From: Oceanispirochaeta sp. | GTDB lineage: Bacteria > Spirochaetota > Spirochaetia > DSM-2461 | DNA length: 64,000 nucleotides | Direction of reading: 5' to 3' | Assembly (NCBI GenBank): GCA_963663385.2 | Contig: CAXXXD010000004.1 | Span: 928,001 to 992,000, forward strand | Shown here: piece after piece, positions 21,798 to 31,228 of the stretch | Position numbering within the stretch: position 1 is the stretch's first letter | Layout: every line of letters begins with the position of its first letter | Program-made: the position numbers and the translations under genes | The notes under the pieces: generated by a model | The model's input: the letters and a program-made list of their open reading frames with translations, nothing else | Databases searched by the model: none | Told to the model about the DNA's origin: nothing

Positions 21798-24700
21798 ATG
21801 CGACAAATGAATAAAATATTAATAGCTCTGCTTGTCTCTCTGTTCGCTGTCAGCATGTTCAGCTTTTTTGCTTTTACGGGTTTTTTCTCTTTCCTTGAAT
21901 CTCAGTATTTCAGCCAGAAAATCATTAAGAACCAGCAGGACAGGTTGCAGACAAACTCTGATCTTGTTCAGGAATATCATCAGGCAAACTTTTCACGTCT
22001 TGAAAATATACTTCAGCTGAATTTCATAAGAAATGTCTATGATCCTTCTCAGGAAAGAAGGGATATTAATGACAGGGCTAATCTGTTTGGTCGTCTTAAA
22101 GATGAACTGATAGGCTTTCAGTCAGTAAAAATAATTGATGAAAAGGCGTTGTCCATTCTTTACAGTACAGATGGAAATGATATAAAACAGCGAAATACCG
22201 AAAGAATCTTATATAAGCTGTGGAAGGAATCCGGTGATTTTTCTAATGAGATTTCTATGATCGAATCAGAGGACTCACTTCCTGAATATTTTTATGACTA
22301 TGTGAATAGTCGGATCCTCTATCTCTTTCCAGCTATTGATCAGTACGGGCTTTTTAAGGGTACAGCTGTTTTTTACTTTTCTATAAATGGCATGCAGGAT
22401 TATCTATTCAGAAGAGGTGGCGTTTCCGATCCTGATCGCCTTCATATCATTAATGAAAATACTGTTCTATACAATCTATCAAGTTCTCAGATAGTTACCC
22501 TGTCGGATAACCTGAAGCGTTTTTTGGTAAACGCCGGGAAGAGTGAGTATATCCAAAAAGTCGCATTCGAAGGCGAGTCTGAATATTTCCTGATCCAGTG
22601 TATAGACGAGAATAATACAGCCGGGATAATGGCCATCCAGGGGGAAGAGCTTGTCTTATCAATAGAATATAAGATATTGCTTCTTGTTTCCCTTTTCGTA
22701 ACACTTTTTCTGGTTATTTTTCTTCTTTTAAATTTCAGACAGGATAAGGATCTAATCTTAAAGCAGAGGATACGTAAATTTCAGCTGACTTTTTTAAAGG
22801 AGCTGATGGATGTACAGGATCAACTGGATTGGGAAAGTTATGAAACCGAATTTAAAACCAGAAAGGATGAAGTTAAGAAAGAGATCCTGAAAGGATTTTC
22901 AGAGAAATACAGGGAATTAAATAAAGAGAAGATAGATGCTCTGATCGATAGTCGGTGGGAAGAAATTATACAGGTTCTGAAAAGCAAGATGATTCGGGAG
23001 CCCGAAGAACCACAATTTTCTGTAAGTGATCTGGAGAGGATGATCAAATCCGCGCTTGTTGATGCACATTTTACTATAGAAAATGCAGATGTCAGGAATC
23101 TGGCTCCACAGAAAGCAAAAGCTGTAAATGATTTCAGCGGTATGAAACCTGTTGAAGTGGAAGTACTGGATGATCTCGAAGAAGCGGAATCGATTGACGA
23201 AGCTGAAGAGATAGAAGAGCTTGATGAAGTTTCAGATCTATCCCCCCTAGGGAAGCCCGTTGAAGTCGAAGTCCTTGATGAGCTGGATGGTGTTGATGAA
23301 ATAGAAGAGCTGGATGATTTTGAGGAGATTGAAGAACTTGATACTCAATCCGCGACACAATACCTGGGGAAACCAGTTGACGTTGAAGTTCTGAATGATC
23401 AGGACAATGTTGATGATATTGAGGAACTGGATGAGCTTGAAGAGCTGAGTGAAGTAGAAGAGCTGAGTGAAGACGAGGAACTGAGTGAACTCGAAGAGCT
23501 GAGTGAACTCGAGGAACTGAGTGAACTCGAGGAAATTGGTGAAGTCGAGGAAATCGGTGAAGTCGAGGAAATCGGTGAAGTCGAGGAAATCGGTGAAGTC
23601 GAGGAAATCGGTGAAGTCGAGGAAATCGGTGAAGTCGAGGAAATCGGTGAAGTCGAGGAAATCGGTGAAGTCGAGGAAATCGGTGAAGTCGAGGAAATCG
23701 GTGAAGTCGAAGAAATCGGTGAAGTCGAAGAACTGGGAAAGGAAGATTTATATATAGATCTTGATGAAATGGGGACAGGTTCTAATATTGAGGGTCTTGT
23801 AGCTTCAATGAATGTTGATGAAATTTCAAAAGATCTTGAATCACGGTATAATACCTTTATCAGTAATGCTCCTTCACAGGCGGATGAGGATATTGAAGAA
23901 CTGTATGAATTTATTGGTGGATTTGTTGAGCTGGAAGATCTCCCTCAGGAAGAGCTTGGAACATTGCCACTGGTTCTGGATCAATCGAATATCTATCAGG
24001 ATTTGATTGAACTCGAAAATTCAGAAGATTTAAATATGGCCGATTCGGCATTCTTTAACGAATACACAATTAACTATAAAGCGATTAACAGAAAAAAACT
24101 TGAAATGAATAACGAAGATATTGTTCAAGAGGTTGGTTCTGTAGCTACTTTAGTCTCTCACGAAGAGAGAAAAGCAGTTTCTGAAGTATCAGACAACCTG
24201 ATCGAACTGGATATTGTTAGCCCGCGGGAGCACTATGGTGAGAGCGGTTTTCCTGTTAGATTTGATAACATCAGGTCGATAGATCTTGGAGATAAAGAGA
24301 GCGAGGTTGCAATGGGAGAAGATAAAAACGCTGAAATGGAAGCCTTTGGCAAGACCGAAGAGAATCTGCCCATGGACGATCGTGAAGATTTGGAAGAACT
24401 TGATGAAGTAGAAGAATTCGACGAATTGGAGACGCTTGACGAAGTGGATGAAACAGAAGAATTTGATGAGATAGAAGAACTGGATGAGATAGAAGAACTG
24501 GATGAGATAGAAGAACTGGATGAGATAGAAGAACTGGATGAGATAGAAGAACTGGATGAGATAGAAGAACTGGATGAGATAGAAGAACTGGATGAGATAG
24601 AAGAACTGGATGAGATAGAAGAACTCTCTCCTCAGCATTTAATTAGTTTTTCAGAATTTACTGAAATTACGGGTTTTAGAGAGAAGGAATCTACAGGAGG

Positions 24701-25286
24701 AGTCTCTCCGCATATATCGGCTGAAAAAGACGAATCTGACAAGGTGAGTGAAGCGTCCAGTATTGGGGATTTGATTCAGACTATGACAGATGACCTGCTT
24801 CCGTTTGGTGATGAGGAAGAGGAACTGCAGGAAGCCATATCAGAACATGGACAGATTGTTCTTGATGAAACAGGTCTGGATTTTGATTATTTCAGAGCTT
24901 CCTATAAAAAGGATTCTCTTGGATTGCTGAAAGCATTGAGGGATATTACCAGAGAATTCGATGCCTTGTGCGGTATTCTGTATAGAAAAGAGAATCAGAA
25001 GATTACTCCAGTACATTCTATTGGTATTAATGAAGAGGGTGTGGATTCTCTGAGGTCTCCTGTAAATGGAGAAAAACTGGCAGACCTTCTATCCGGTAAT
25101 GATGTATTTTATATTAGGAATAATCGGGAATCTGATTTCTCTGAATATTTTAATCACAGTGATTTCAGTTTATTCAATACGGGTGTTTTTATACCTCTTA
25201 AAAGTATCCAAAAATTTGATTACATTTATTTGGGATATAAGAATACAGCATCCTGTTTTATGGAAAAAATAACAGAAAAAAAATAG
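21798..25286 (+). CDS. Hypothetical membrane protein: N-terminal TM, about 270-aa extracytoplasmic region, second TM, coiled coil, long Glu/Asp-rich repeat region, globular C-terminal domain
   Basis: 1162-aa ORF with SD GAGG; hydrophobic stretches ILIALLVSLFAVSMFSFFAF and ILLLVSLFVTLFLVIFLLL; EEIGEV and EELDEI repeats. Confidence 0.85.
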   Translation: MRQMNKILIALLVSLFAVSMFSFFAFTGFFSFLESQYFSQKIIKNQQDRLQTNSDLVQEYHQANFSRLENILQLNFIRNVYDPSQERRDINDRANLFGRLKDELIGFQSVKIIDEKALSILYSTDGNDIKQRNTERILYKLWKESGDFSNEISMIESEDSLPEYFYDYVNSRILYLFPAIDQYGLFKGTAVFYFSINGMQDYLFRRGGVSDPDRLHIINENTVLYNLSSSQIVTLSDNLKRFLVNAGKSEYIQKVAFEGESEYFLIQCIDENNTAGIMAIQGEELVLSIEYKILLLVSLFVTLFLVIFLLLNFRQDKDLILKQRIRKFQLTFLKELMDVQDQLDWESYETEFKTRKDEVKKEILKGFSEKYRELNKEKIDALIDSRWEEIIQVLKSKMIREPEEPQFSVSDLERMIKSALVDAHFTIENADVRNLAPQKAKAVNDFSGMKPVEVEVLDDLEEAESIDEAEEIEELDEVSDLSPLGKPVEVEVLDELDGVDEIEELDDFEEIEELDTQSATQYLGKPVDVEVLNDQDNVDDIEELDELEELSEVEELSEDEELSELEELSELEELSELEEIGEVEEIGEVEEIGEVEEIGEVEEIGEVEEIGEVEEIGEVEEIGEVEEIGEVEEIGEVEEIGEVEELGKEDLYIDLDEMGTGSNIEGLVASMNVDEISKDLESRYNTFISNAPSQADEDIEELYEFIGGFVELEDLPQEELGTLPLVLDQSNIYQDLIELENSEDLNMADSAFFNEYTINYKAINRKKLEMNNEDIVQEVGSVATLVSHEERKAVSEVSDNLIELDIVSPREHYGESGFPVRFDNIRSIDLGDKESEVAMGEDKNAEMEAFGKTEENLPMDDREDLEELDEVEEFDELETLDEVDETEEFDEIEELDEIEELDEIEELDEIEELDEIEELDEIEELDEIEELDEIEELDEIEELSPQHLISFSEFTEITGFREKESTGGVSPHISAEKDESDKVSEASSIGDLIQTMTDDLLPFGDEEEELQEAISEHGQIVLDETGLDFDYFRASYKKDSLGLLKALRDITREFDALCGILYRKENQKITPVHSIGINEEGVDSLRSPVNGEKLADLLSGNDVFYIRNNRESDFSEYFNHSDFSLFNTGVFIPLKSIQKFDYIYLGYKNTASCFMEKITEKK
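23421..23726 (+). repeat. 18-bp coding tandem repeat: 11 copies of GAGGAAATCGGTGAAGTC (EEIGEV, 23529-23726), preceded by in-phase EELDEL/EELSEx units
   Basis: Read directly: 9 perfect copies plus 2 copies with one synonymous change each. Confidence 0.97.
24456..24617 (+). repeat. 18-bp coding tandem repeat GAAGAACTGGATGAGATA (EELDEI): 8 perfect copies plus 1 variant
   Basis: Read directly at 24474-24617, with an EEFDEI variant at 24456. Confidence 0.97.
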
Positions 25287-25339
25287 AAATCCATAGTCTT
25301 GTCATGGTTTCTCCTGATTTTGTTTAAAAATGGTTTGAC

Positions 25340-25367
25340 TTGACAAATGGATAGTTACTTATATAAT
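25340..25367 (+). promoter_or_regulatory. Consensus sigma70 promoter for rny-ymdB-tlyA
   Basis: TTGACA(25340)-N16-TATAAT(25362). Confidence 0.75.
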
Positions 25368-25397
25368 CATAAACATCTTGTAAATTTAGGGGGATAT

Positions 25398-26927
25398 ATG
25401 GCAACTGTCTATATGATAGCGCTTCCCCTCGTTGGAATTTTTCTAGGTTGGACAATTAGATGGCTTTATGCCAGATATCAGCTCTCATCGTCAGAGCAGA
25501 AATCTTTGAGACTGAAACAGGACGCAGTTAAAGAAGCAGAGCAGGAAAAGAAGAGTATTCTTCTTGATGCACAGAATCAGATTATGAAAGAACGTCGTCA
25601 GGTGGAGCGGGAAAGCCGTGACAGAAGAAACGAAGTTCAGAAGTACGAAAGAAGAGTGCAGCAGAAGGAAGATAATCTTGACAAGAAATCTGCCATTCTC
25701 GAGAAAAAGTTGTCCTCTATTTCAGATATTGAAAATTCTCTGGAAAAGAGAGAAGAAGCAGTAGCTGCAGAAGAGATCCGCTGGCAGGCGGAACTGGAGA
25801 AAATCTCAGGTCTAACCACAGACGAGGCGAAGAAATTAATAATTCAAAGTTTGGAGAACGAAGCCAAACATGATGCTCAGGCTCTGGTCAATAAAATTGA
25901 GCAGGAAGCTAACCTTACAGCTGAAAAAAAGGCTCGTGACATCATAATTACAACAATTCAGCGTTTGGCAACTGATGTAAGTACGGAGATCACTGTTACA
26001 TCTGTCAGTCTGCCTAATGATGAAATGAAGGGGCGAATAATTGGTCGGGAAGGCCGGAATATCCGTACTCTTGAAACACTGACAGGAGTAGATATTATTA
26101 TCGATGATACTCCCGAGGCTGTTGTAATATCTTGTTTTGATCCTATTCGAAAGGTGATAGCAAAGATCGCTCTGGAACGGCTTATTGCTGATGGACGGAT
26201 TCATCCGGCACGGATAGAGGAAGTTGTTCAGAAGGTAACGAAAGAGATCAGTCAGACGATTTATGAAGAAGGGGAGAAGATTCTCTTTGATCTGGGTATA
26301 CATAATATAAGACCAGAGGGAATTAGGGCCCTTGGACGGTTGCATTTCAGAACCAGCTACGGCCAGAATGTCCTTTCCCACTCTAAAGAAGTTGCGGTTA
26401 TAGCCGGTATGATAGCAGCGGAAGTGGGGGCTGACCGTGAAATTGCCAAACGAGGAGCACTTCTGCATGACATTGGTAAGGGACTGGAAACGGATGGTGA
26501 TGGAAATCATGCCGAACTTGGTGCTGAGCTGTGTAAGCGTATGGGAGAGGATCCCCGGATAATAAATGCTGTTGGTGCCCATCATAATGATATCGAGATA
26601 ACTTCTATAGAAGGTATTATTGTACAGGTAGCAGATGCCATTTCGGCTGCAAGACCAGGCGCCAGACGTGAAACTCTGGATAACTACATCAAGAGGCTGG
26701 AGAATCTTGAAAAGATTGCCATGAGTTTTGAGGGTGTGGAAAAAGTATTTGCTATTCAGGCAGGTAGAGAATTGAGAATTATGGTCAATAACGACAAGAT
26801 TGATGATCAGAAATCCCAGCTCCTTGCCAAGGATATTGCCAAGAAAATCGAGAATGAACTGAAGTACCCCGGACGTATCCGAGTTACAATTATTCGCGAA
26901 ACCAGGGCTGTCGAATACGCCCGTTAG
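25398..26927 (+). CDS. rny: Ribonuclease Y
   Basis: N-terminal TM, coiled coil, KH domain ([14 protein letters not shown]), HD domain (LLHDIGK), [12 protein letters not shown]; start moved to the ATG after GGGGG. Confidence 0.98.
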   Translation: MATVYMIALPLVGIFLGWTIRWLYARYQLSSSEQKSLRLKQDAVKEAEQEKKSILLDAQNQIMKERRQVERESRDRRNEVQKYERRVQQKEDNLDKKSAILEKKLSSISDIENSLEKREEAVAAEEIRWQAELEKISGLTTDEAKKLIIQSLENEAKHDAQALVNKIEQEANLTAEKKARDIIITTIQRLATDVSTEITVTSVSLPNDEMKGRIIGREGRNIRTLETLTGVDIIIDDTPEAVVISCFDPIRKVIAKIALERLIADGRIHPARIEEVVQKVTKEISQTIYEEGEKILFDLGIHNIRPEGIRALGRLHFRTSYGQNVLSHSKEVAVIAGMIAAEVGADREIAKRGALLHDIGKGLETDGDGNHAELGAELCKRMGEDPRIINAVGAHHNDIEITSIEGIIVQVADAISAARPGARRETLDNYIKRLENLEKIAMSFEGVEKVFAIQAGRELRIMVNNDKIDDQKSQLLAKDIAKKIENELKYPGRIRVTIIRETRAVEYAR

Positions 26928-26937
26928 GATGTAAATA

Positions 26938-27726
26938 TTGGCGGAAGCATTACGCGCCCTCATTCTGGGAGATGTTGTTGGCTCTCCCGGGAGCAGGGCG
27001 CTTTTCTTTGGACTAAAAAACTTAATTAAAGAATACAGAGCCGATCTTGTTGTTGTAAACGGCGAGAATGCGGCTGGTGGTTTCGGTCTGACTCATGAGG
27101 ATTCGGACCGTTTCTTTTCTGTTGGTACAGATGTAATTACGACAGGAAATCATATCTGGCAGAAAAGGGAGATCCTGGAGTCTCTGGATACGGAAGAACG
27201 TCTTCTGAGGCCTGCCAATTATCCCCCCGGTGTTCCGGGGCACGGGTATTGCATTATTCAGAAGAAGGGAATGAACGTCGCTGTAATCAACCTTCTGGGG
27301 CGGTCTCGTATGGGATTTAACGGGGAGTGCCCCTTCAGGACCGGAAAAAAGATCCTTCAGAAAATCGGTAGTGATTGTGATTACTCTCTGATCGATTTTC
27401 ACGCGGAAGATCCCATGGAAAAGGAAGCTCTGGCCTATTATCTGGATGGAACAGCTTCCCTTGTCTATGGAACTCATACTCATATCCAGACAGGGGATGA
27501 AAGAATCCTTCCTAAAGGCACCGGATATATTACGGATATCGGGATGGTCGGACCCGAGTACAGTGTCATCGGCTCTGATCCGGAGCAGTCAATCAAGCGG
27601 AGCATCTCTCAACTTCCCATTAAAATGGAAGTGATTGATCATACACCGCTTATATGCGGAATCCTTGTAGAATTGGACGAAGGCAGGACTAAAACGATCG
27701 AAAGGGTTAGAGTCAGGGGAATCTGA
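26938..27726 (+). CDS. ymdB: YmdB-like (TIGR00282) metallophosphoesterase
   Basis: GDVVG, NGENAAGG, TGNHIW, DFHAE, GTHTH, YITDIGM; usual neighbour of rny. Confidence 0.93.
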   Translation: MAEALRALILGDVVGSPGSRALFFGLKNLIKEYRADLVVVNGENAAGGFGLTHEDSDRFFSVGTDVITTGNHIWQKREILESLDTEERLLRPANYPPGVPGHGYCIIQKKGMNVAVINLLGRSRMGFNGECPFRTGKKILQKIGSDCDYSLIDFHAEDPMEKEALAYYLDGTASLVYGTHTHIQTGDERILPKGTGYITDIGMVGPEYSVIGSDPEQSIKRSISQLPIKMEVIDHTPLICGILVELDEGRTKTIERVRVRGI

Positions 27727-27729
27727 GTA

Positions 27730-28509
27730 ATGAAGAAAATTACTCTCTATCAGAAACTGAAGAAGGATTTTCCTGCAGTGCCTGAGAAAGAGCTCTATGC
27801 ACAGATACTCTGCGGAGAGGTCCTTGTGGATGAGCAGATCATAAGGGATCCCAAATTCCCGGTAGACACTGAAACCGGGATTATCCTTAATCCAAAAAAG
27901 TATGTTTCACGGGGTGGTTTTAAGCTCGAAAAAGCGATTGAGCTGTGGAAGCCCTCTCTTGAGGGCAGAATTGTGCTGGATGCAGGGTGTTCAACCGGAG
28001 GTTTTACTGACTGCCTTTTGAAGAATGGCGCAGCATCGGTCTATGCGGTAGATGTCGGGTATAATCAGCTGGACTATTCTCTGCGTACCAATCCCTCTGT
28101 CGTTGTAATGGAAAAAACCAATATTATGCATGTTCAGGATCTGGATCCCAGGCCGGACTGGGCTGTGGCAGACCTTTCTTTCAGGAGTATCCGTTCGGCA
28201 GCTTCTCATATTCTGTCCCTGACAAAAGAGAAGTTTCTTATCGCTCTGGTAAAACCTCAGTTTGAATGGCAGAACCCGGATGAGGATTTTTCCGGAGTTG
28301 TTTCGGATAAGGATCAGATACTGGAAATAGCTGCAGAGGTAATGGATGAGTTAAAGGAGGAATCTGCCTATGTGCTCAAGGCGGGAACTTCTCCTGTTTC
28401 CGGCCGTAAAGGCAACCGTGAACTCCTCTTCTGGATTTCCTCCGATGAAAATCTTGTATATCCCGAGAAAGAGGAGCTCCTTCTTTCCCTGTCAAGGGAG
28501 TTGAAATAG
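27730..28509 (+). CDS. tlyA: TlyA family rRNA methyltransferase
   Basis: YVSRGGFKL, LDAGCSTGGFTDCLL, AVDVGYNQL, ALVKPQFE, GNRE. Confidence 0.96.
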   Translation: MKKITLYQKLKKDFPAVPEKELYAQILCGEVLVDEQIIRDPKFPVDTETGIILNPKKYVSRGGFKLEKAIELWKPSLEGRIVLDAGCSTGGFTDCLLKNGAASVYAVDVGYNQLDYSLRTNPSVVVMEKTNIMHVQDLDPRPDWAVADLSFRSIRSAASHILSLTKEKFLIALVKPQFEWQNPDEDFSGVVSDKDQILEIAAEVMDELKEESAYVLKAGTSPVSGRKGNRELLFWISSDENLVYPEKEELLLSLSRELK

Positions 28510-28528
28510 GCTCCCTGTTCTGAGAACT

Positions 28529-29386
28529 TCAGGGTGACCTCTGGAAAGTTTCTCTTGTAAGGGGTTCTCCAACAAAGATCCCTTCCCCGCCGAGATACTC
28601 CTTTATCCCTCCGTCGATCATGATTTGAACGGCACTAACATTACTGAATTCAGTAGCTGTATAGACAATCTGTTTAAGCTGGGCGGTATAACCCTCTCGT
28701 CCCAGAGAGTTGAAACGGAATGCTTCGTTGAAATTCAGATACGCCGTATTTGCTTCCACACGGGCAGAGAGCAGCCTTGTACCGTCCGGTATCAGGGTCA
28801 GGAACCCTTTGTTTATCTCGTCAGAGCTGGGACCCTTCAGTAAACTGTTCATGGTTTCTGTAAGGGGGGATCCGTTATATTCTACAGCTCTGATATTGCT
28901 CTTCAGGGCAATTTGACCCTCCGTATTGACCTTAACATAAAACAGGCGGGCATTCCGGGTCTGCTTCTCCGGTTCTTCCTGAGAAGCAGGGGAGGCCGGG
29001 ACAACCTTTTCTTCGGGAGGGGCCGGGAGTTCGGTTATGTTCAAAACCTCTTCTTTCATTGCCGGGAGAAGGCGTTTTACCGCAGGGAGTTCCGATACTG
29101 TCTGACCCGGGGGGATCAGCTGTTCCTGCCAGAGCTGAACCCTGTCCGGCTGAAAAAACATAAATACAACCAGAGAAAGGATCAAGACTATAAAAACCAG
29201 CAGGACTATTATAACAATCTGAGGCGATTTCATCGCTTGATCCCGGGCAGGCGCCTTTTGAGCATTTCTTTTTGGGGTATTGGATTGGCTGGAACTTTTT
29301 TGCGTTGTTTTTCTTCTATTTTCAATTGTGTCTTTAGAAGAGGACATCTTTTTATACTGTTTGCGGGAGTTTTCCTGGTTTTTCAT
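28529..29386 (-). CDS. GerMN-domain membrane-anchored protein
   Basis: Basic N-terminus, one TM, Pro-rich linker, C-terminal LLKGPS...IPDGTRLL...AYLNF...QIVYTATEFSNVSAVQIMIDG. Confidence 0.85.
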   Translation of the reverse strand: MKNQENSRKQYKKMSSSKDTIENRRKTTQKSSSQSNTPKRNAQKAPARDQAMKSPQIVIIVLLVFIVLILSLVVFMFFQPDRVQLWQEQLIPPGQTVSELPAVKRLLPAMKEEVLNITELPAPPEEKVVPASPASQEEPEKQTRNARLFYVKVNTEGQIALKSNIRAVEYNGSPLTETMNSLLKGPSSDEINKGFLTLIPDGTRLLSARVEANTAYLNFNEAFRFNSLGREGYTAQLKQIVYTATEFSNVSAVQIMIDGGIKEYLGGEGIFVGEPLTRETFQRSP

Positions 29387-29448
29387 ATAGATTGATTATC
29401 GGCTCCGATCTCTTCCCGTTATAGAAAAAACACCATTAATATACGAGT

Positions 29449-29477
29449 TTGACAGTAATCACAAAGTTGCTTATTAT
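29449..29477 (+). promoter_or_regulatory. Sigma70 promoter immediately upstream of ptsI
   Basis: TTGACA(29449)-N17-TATTAT(29472). Confidence 0.7.
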
Positions 29478-29485
29478 TATATTCA

Positions 29486-31228
29486 ATGAAAGAGTTTCAC
29501 GGAATATCCGCTTCTCCGGGAATCGTAATATCCAAAGCATTTCTTTATAACGAAGAAAGTATTTCCGTACCACGGTACAAGGTGAAAGAAGAGGATATTG
29601 AACACGAAATAATCCGGTACAAACAGGCTACTCAGATTGCCGCAGATGAATTGAAGGAACTAAAACGCCGGATTACCATCGAGCACAGTGAAGATGAAGC
29701 CCGTTTTCTGGATACCCATATACTTATGCTGTTTGATCCCATGTTTACAGATCAGATCTATGACAAGCTGAGAAAAGACCGTAATAATATAGAATGGGTA
29801 ATTCAGAATGTTGTAGAGGATCTGATAGAAAAACTGAATGCCTCTCCCGATCTGTATCTGCGTGAACGATCCATGGATATAAACGATATCTCCAAAAGGA
29901 TCATCAACCACTTAATGTTCCGTGAAAGGATCTCTCTGTCTGATCTTTCTACAGAAGTTATCCTGGTTACCCCCGATCTCCTTCCTTCTGATACCCTATT
30001 GATGAACAAGAGAATGGTAAAAGGCATTATTATGGATGCAGGGGGAAGAACATCCCATACAGCCATTCTGGCCAGGTCTTTCGGTATACCCGCGGTCCTG
30101 GGGTTGCGGAGCATTACCCGGGAGGTCAAGAATAACGATACAGTTATTATTGACGGGCACAGGGGAAAGGTCATTCTGAATCCTGACGAAGAGACCAAGG
30201 AGCGGTATATCCGCCTGCAGATGGAGTCTCTTAAAAGGGAATCTGAGTTAATAAACCTGAACAATCTTCCCTCGGAAACTCAGGACGGAAAGAAGATTCT
30301 CCTTAAGGCGAATATTGAGGTTTTTGAAGAGCTGGAATCGGTTCATGCCTATAATGCGGAAGGAATCGGTTTGTTTCGAAGCGAGTTTCTTGTCATGCAG
30401 CCCGGACAGGAGAAGGATGAGGATGCCCAGTTCTCTGTATATAAAAAAGTCCTGGAAGGGATGAAAGGAGCTCCTGTTACAATCAGGACCCTTGATGTGG
30501 GGGGCGATAAACTTATTAATGAAATTGCCCAGAAAGAAGAGAAAAATCCGCTTCTGGGATGGCGGGCAATCCGTTTCTGTCTGGAAAGGACGGATATTTT
30601 TAAAGTTCAGCTGAGAGCCCTTTTGAGAGCTTCCGTATACGGGCAGCTGAGGATAATGTTTCCCATGATTTCGGGAATCGAAGAATTGGAAAGGGCTCAT
30701 GCCATATTGGATGAGGTAAAACTGGAATTGAAGGGGGAAGGTATTGCCTATGCGGATCATATTCCTGTAGGATGCATGATCGAAGTTCCTTCCGCCGCCA
30801 TGACTTCCGATATCCTGGCCAGGAAAGCTGACTTCTTTTCCATTGGAACGAATGATCTGATCCAGTATACAATAGCTGTCGACCGCGGGAATGAGAAAAT
30901 AACCAGTATGTATGAACCTTTTCATCCTGCTGTACTGCGTTTGATAAAAATGATAGTGAATAACGGACATAAAGAGGGTATCCCCGTGGGGATGTGCGGA
31001 GAAATGGCCGGAGATCCGGCTGCTACTGTTATTCTGTTGGGATTGGGGCTGGACGAGTTCAGTATGAGTGCTTTCAGCCTTCCGGAAATTAAAAGAATCA
31101 TCCGTTCGGAAACAATAATTGAAGCGGAAGAATTCCTGGGAACCATTATGGAGATGAGGAGTTTTAAAGAAATTGACCGCTATGTCCGGGAATGGATGGA
31201 GGATAGATTTGACATCATCACAGGATAA
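29486..31228 (+). CDS. ptsI: PEP-protein phosphotransferase (PTS Enzyme I)
   Basis: GGRTSHTAILAR phospho-His motif, GIGLFRSEF, NPLLGWRAIR, DFFSIGTNDLIQY, MCGEMAGD; no N-terminal GAF domain. Confidence 0.97.
   Translation: MKEFHGISASPGIVISKAFLYNEESISVPRYKVKEEDIEHEIIRYKQATQIAADELKELKRRITIEHSEDEARFLDTHILMLFDPMFTDQIYDKLRKDRNNIEWVIQNVVEDLIEKLNASPDLYLRERSMDINDISKRIINHLMFRERISLSDLSTEVILVTPDLLPSDTLLMNKRMVKGIIMDAGGRTSHTAILARSFGIPAVLGLRSITREVKNNDTVIIDGHRGKVILNPDEETKERYIRLQMESLKRESELINLNNLPSETQDGKKILLKANIEVFEELESVHAYNAEGIGLFRSEFLVMQPGQEKDEDAQFSVYKKVLEGMKGAPVTIRTLDVGGDKLINEIAQKEEKNPLLGWRAIRFCLERTDIFKVQLRALLRASVYGQLRIMFPMISGIEELERAHAILDEVKLELKGEGIAYADHIPVGCMIEVPSAAMTSDILARKADFFSIGTNDLIQYTIAVDRGNEKITSMYEPFHPAVLRLIKMIVNNGHKEGIPVGMCGEMAGDPAATVILLGLGLDEFSMSAFSLPEIKRIIRSETIIEAEEFLGTIMEMRSFKEIDRYVREWMEDRFDIITG

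Noticed and set aside
23521..23757. Alternative-frame ORFs over the repeats (KSRKSV-rich on plus; FFYLIQ-rich at 24189-24638 on minus)
   Set aside because: Stop-free only because the repeat unit lacks stop codons in those frames
23529..24617. Tandem repeats as a possible CRISPR array
   Set aside because: Head-to-tail 18-bp units with no unique spacers, in frame within a CDS, and no cas genes
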